Origin: Marsupella aquatica
Taxonomy: Eukaryota > Plantae > Marchantiophyta
Reading direction: 5' to 3'
Assembly (NCBI GenBank): GCA_973895155.1
Contig: OZ316892.1
Span: forward strand, 6,429,151 to 6,493,150
Length of the DNA: 64,000 nt
Program-made: the position numbers and the translations under genes
Notes under the pieces: model-generated
The model's input: the letters and a program-made list of their open reading frames with translations, nothing else
Told to the model about the DNA's origin: nothing
The model's database searches: none
Shown: positions 59,386 through 64,000 of the stretch, piece after piece
How positions within the stretch are numbered: position 1 is the first letter of the stretch
Layout of the letters: each line of letters begins with the position of its first letter

Positions 59386-61342
59386 ACTTGACTTCGCTGA
59401 TTGTAGGCAGAGAGATCGACATCTTGCATGCAAGGCATGGAGAAGACACGTGAAGGACTTTCTTGACCGGCAACGACATTGACATCAGACGTGAAAATCA
59501 GGGTCAGGGCCTTAGGAGAAGTAACGGCAATTATGGCTAGAGGCACACTCATGAGCATTAATGAGTCAGAGATCTTTGAGGTCAGACCACCATATATGGC
59601 GAGCGAATGCTTCCACGAATTTCCAGCGACATAACCCTACGCCAGATTATTCCAAAGTTCCATGGTCAGAAGAACCTTGCATGTACTTACAGCTGTAAGT
59701 CCCTTGCTGGCGAGAAGCCATTAGAACTCGGCAAGTATATGATGCGAGAGTTCGTGCCGAGTCAACAAACTCGCTGATTGTCCATGGTCACAGTTATGAT
59801 GATGTTGTGGTGATAGTAAGAACGACAACATAAATGAAGTTAGACTGAAGTTTAATAGCTGGACGTGAAGTGGAGGGTCAACAAGTTAATTTGCCAAGAC
59901 GCTTATTCTGGGTTACTCGAGAACGACTCATTGCGCTTTAAGGGGTTTCAGTTGTACCAATTCTGTCTTTGAGAAATGTGGCCGTAAGCTATAGCGTAAG
60001 TATCGGGTTACTAATGATTGACCTTGAGTGCAATTTCTCCAAAATTTCCAGTATTTCCTGCATTATTTTAGGTACTGTCTGGCTTTGTTTTTGAACTGAA
60101 GTTACCAGGACCTACATCGTTTGAAAATTTTACTTCACAAAAAATTTCAATATTGTTTTCGTCAAAAGTGATGTGGGTCCATCCAGGTTGCAAGGCTCAC
60201 GGGAGTAGTCCAACCTTTGCTGCGTGTTGCTTGCCGACTTTTGGGTTTATTTGTTTTTCTATACTCGTTTTGTAATTAGAAATTGAATAACTTTTCCATC
60301 AGCGATCTAAGATTTAACTAATGACACGGATTTCCTTGCCTATATTGAACAAGCCCATTACAGAGGCTTTTGGCTGGCCTCGGTTACGTTGGAATTCAAC
60401 ATGGTTTCTGCTCTGGTCCTGAATCACTCCATTACTGTATCCGAGTACCACACTATTGCATGCCGAAAGCTCTAACCCTCATAATTAATTCACAATTGAA
60501 GAACTGAAAGGACAGAAAAATTAATTTTAACTTTCCGCAGCGAGACAGACTTACACAAACTTCATCAATTCACGGGCGTGCAGGTTGAAGCTACGTGCGA
60601 ACTAAACCCTAATTATAATTCAGTTTAAAATTGTTCGTCCCGACATTGGTCCCAATACCTTCGGCATATTGTGCTATTGTATGCTGGAAGCCCTGAAATC
60701 GGGTGCAAAAAAAGTCCCTGCAGTTCAAGATTGTAGCTACTACAGCCTTATTATTTTTCTTTTTATCATCATTGGTCCCAATACTATAAGATAAATTCAC
60801 ACTGGGCCGAAATTCTGCATCGCAACCCTAAATCTCAGTTCAGCCCCTACTTATTTGCTCCGCTCGTATTCTGTGACAGATTCGATGCCTATCCCTAGCT
60901 CCAGGAGAGTTCCTCAGGATCACATTTCGCATTAGGATCCTCACATTATTGACTATATCAACTCCTCCCGATACAGTTTCTGTACATGACAACAAGATTG
61001 TTAAATCAGGCACATGTACTACCTACTCAAACTAGTAAGACACGAACGAAATCGTGATCTTGGCCTTGTAAGCTCCTGCCGACCAGTTTAAAATTCGCAA
61101 CACGTCAGATTGGCTGAAGTTCATTAATTCTCCAGCCAGTGAACATCAGATTTTGAGATTTTGAGGAATTAACGTACAAATCCTTTGGTCAAAAGATTCT
61201 GTAGGTACAAACTTACTCCTGATATTTCTTCTGATCCACGAATACTCTACAATTACATCATTCATGTATCAGGAAACAGCGATTATCAATTAATACGTAC
61301 CCTCTTAATGATCGACTAATATGAAGGGAAATTAAGTGACAG

Positions 61343-64000
61343 CTAAAACTGGTAGTCTACCTTTGAGAGGGAAATCCACGCATCCAGCAAATCATTGGCT
61401 TTTCCAGAACGCTGAACTTCTCTAGCCAGTGCTACCCCATCTTGCAAGTTGGCGGCGACCCCACAAGCCATCAGTCCCGCTCCGGCATTCAAAATCTACA
61501 ACATAACCAACAAAAGACCGTAAGATTTTCAAATCCCGTAGAAGCTAGTACTGATCTAAATCTCACCCTATTTCGCTCTAAAGCGTCTGCGCACGGACGA
61601 AAATTGGGCAGCTCATTGATCAAGATATGCTCATAAAACAAACCATTAGAGCACAAATCGAAAAGGACCACTTTCCAGGGTAAAGGATGAGAAGCTACTG
61701 TGATCCACCAGGTCCCGCATTCATGATAATCACAGCATTGTGCCTACAGTGAAGGGCATTAAAAGATGACTGCCTCAAAGAAGAAAGACTCGAAAAAGAC
61801 TTGGAGAAGGGACATACAACAGCATTCGCGACGTGACCCTCTTTTCCAGCCAGAACATCCCGAAGAATCTTGGCATTTAGGATCGAGTCTCCTCCTTTCA
61901 GATCATTGATGGTACACCGAGGGATCCCAAAATCCACTGATTTGATTACCACTGACCAAAATGTGAGTGACCAAACATTGGGTGATCATATCGAGGAAAA
62001 ATCACATTGGGTGATCGATCATATTGATGAATCATGATGCTGCTATTTTTATCCAAAGCATGACACAAATTTAATAGCAAAGTCATCTCTCTTATTCATG
62101 TGGAGTATGTATTATCGGATGGAGAGAAAATAAAACATACAGGGGTCAAATTTGAATTGCTGAATCTTGCCGGGGCTGACTTCCAGCACCAATCCACCAC
62201 CTGTACGTCCGATCCAGTCAGCGGAAAAATCATAGATCAACTGAAAAACATGAAGAGCTTTATAACTCCAAACATATTTGTTGCAGCTGCAGTGAATTTA
62301 CCTATGGGGCTCATCTCATCAGAGCCTTCTGAATGCACCACAAGCGCTCTTTGAAGCCCAAAGTGCTGGAGTATACTGGCCATTCTCTCTACCTGAGTCA
62401 TTGACAATGGAGGAATAGCTTTCATCAAACTATCTCTAGAGACTTTCAGCAACCGCTAAAACAAGTGCAGTGAGCCAATCCAGAACCTTTGGAGCAAGGA
62501 GTCAAACAGACATTCAAATCACCTCTTCAAATGGAATTTTCTGCATAATTTATTTTTAAACAACGCTAAACCAGTGTGGGAACCGAATCCTAACGGTTCC
62601 AGGAGGATTCGAACAACCATCCACTATCAGTTTACTATCGGTTCTGATTTTGTCTTATCTTGATTGGCAAACCAAATTCTGATCTGATATGGAGCTCGAA
62701 GTTGACTGATCGCGGAGGAGTGCTAATAATTACGTTGACGCTTAGTCTTCTTTTGAAAGGTTATTTTCGGTAAAACACGATCTGGAGCTGGAAGTTAACT
62801 GAATGCTGTTAATTAATTATGTTGACGATTGGTCTTCTACTGAAAGGTTACTTTCGGTACGGTAAATAAGGATCTGGAGCTCGAAGTTGACTGAGGAGAT
62901 CTGCAGCCATACCTTGTAGACATTAATTCACAAAAATGATCACAGAGTATGACTTACAAGGTCTTTGCGATAGACGCCGACAATCGCATAAGGCACATTT
63001 GCCGGATTAAGCATTGGTCCCATGAATTTGAAAGGTGTCTTTCTTTCAGTGGCCCTTCTGACAGGCCCGCCTGAGTTCATGGCTGGGGCTCCTAGCATGA
63101 AACCAATCCCCAGCTCGTTCACACACTTATTCACTCCCTGCTCAGACAAACCGTCGTGAAGAATACTTAGTGCTAGCTATATATAGCTAAGTCAACATGT
63201 CAAGAAGCTTGCCTGCTATGTCATGTTACTTTTGACTTTAAAATGTTCAAATCTTGCTATTATTAGAACTCAACATATCCTGGAGTGCCATCTTGCTATT
63301 ACCTGAACTCAACATATCCCAAACAATAACATTGTAGCAATTGTCTACATATGAAATGCAATTTGGAATTTAAGTAGGCTATGGGGGACGAAATTATGAA
63401 GTTTGATCGATTATGCTTGAGAGCAAAGCTTGAACTCTTAGGTCACAAAATCTTGTTATGCTGAACATTTAAAAGTCAAAAATAGTAACGGAGTACGTGC
63501 GTTCAACAACCTCAGGCCCAAGATCGATAGCCACTCCAAGTTCTTCTAAAACATCCGCACTCCCACATGCCGAGGAACTGGAACGAGATCCATGCTGCAC
63601 CAATAAAAGTCCACGCATAAAAGCCCTGCAGTACGAGCGAAGCACAACCACAGAAAACCTTGCACGACCAACATGTATTACACCTGAGATCTGCTCTAAA
63701 CTTGGTGCTACAACCAATGAGAATTTGCTAAGAGTAATTACGTACCTTGGCAACTCTTGCACCCGAAGCAGCAGCAAGGATAGCAGATCCAGTTGAGATA
63801 TTGACTGTGTTCATCTGATCTCCTCCAGTTCCGACGATATCTAAACCTCCGGTCACTCCTTCGACAGGAATGCAGCGTCGGAGCATTGCATTTGCAAGAG
63901 CTGTGATCTGGACAAAGTCGTAGTAGAGGCGTACAATTGACAAACAAGAATGAGATTTGCAGTGAATTTTCAAAGCTCTCCGCACAATTGCATTGAAAGT
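61343..64000 (-). CDS. trpD: Anthranilate phosphoribosyltransferase, multi-exon; 5' part lies beyond the window and the last exon is uncertain
   Basis: Exons encode [19 protein letters not shown]...RVAK (about 63746-63907), [20 protein letters not shown] (about 63511), GIGFM...GPMLNP (about 62956-63139), [14 protein letters not shown] (about 62301-62393), DFGIPRCT...LKGGD (about 61817-61937) and ILNAGAGL...SGKA...W (about 61362-61495). Confidence 0.9.
62690..62895. repeat. Diverged ~92-bp tandem repeat (about 2.3 copies) in a trpD intron
   Basis: tggagctSgaagttRactga...ttgacg...tgaaaggttaYtttcggta recurs at about 62690, 62783 and 62875. Confidence 0.75.

Overview
Eukaryotic nuclear DNA from a plant. 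GT-AG introns, plant-type genes and tRNA-iMet-primed Copia elements point to this; a non-seed land plant is plausible but the host cannot be fixed from sequence alone. Bases 1 to about 34.5 kb are a nested transposon island and about 35-64 kb is ordinary genic DNA: a saccharopine dehydrogenase-like oxidoreductase, an alpha/beta hydrolase, tRNA-Arg(ACG), an intronless ARM-repeat gene and a partial anthranilate phosphoribosyltransferase. The main find is a decayed Ty3/Gypsy retrotransposon (about 4310-18465, +) whose polyprotein reads Gag - aspartic protease - DNMT3-like C5 cytosine methyltransferase - RT - RNase H - integrase - PHD finger. It therefore carries its own putative de novo DNA methyltransferase and a histone-tail reader. 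A complete Copia element (6203-13090, -) with LTRs, PBS, PPT and a CTTCC target-site duplication splits it, and removing that insertion restores the Gag-PR-MTase frame. That Copia and a second, diverged one (30502-34223, -) share an in-frame TGA-AGT-C between gag and pol at the same position, which suggests programmed readthrough or splicing. The island also holds two Mutator-like copies, a CACTA remnant with an intact 3' end, a hAT remnant and a decayed RING-finger gene.
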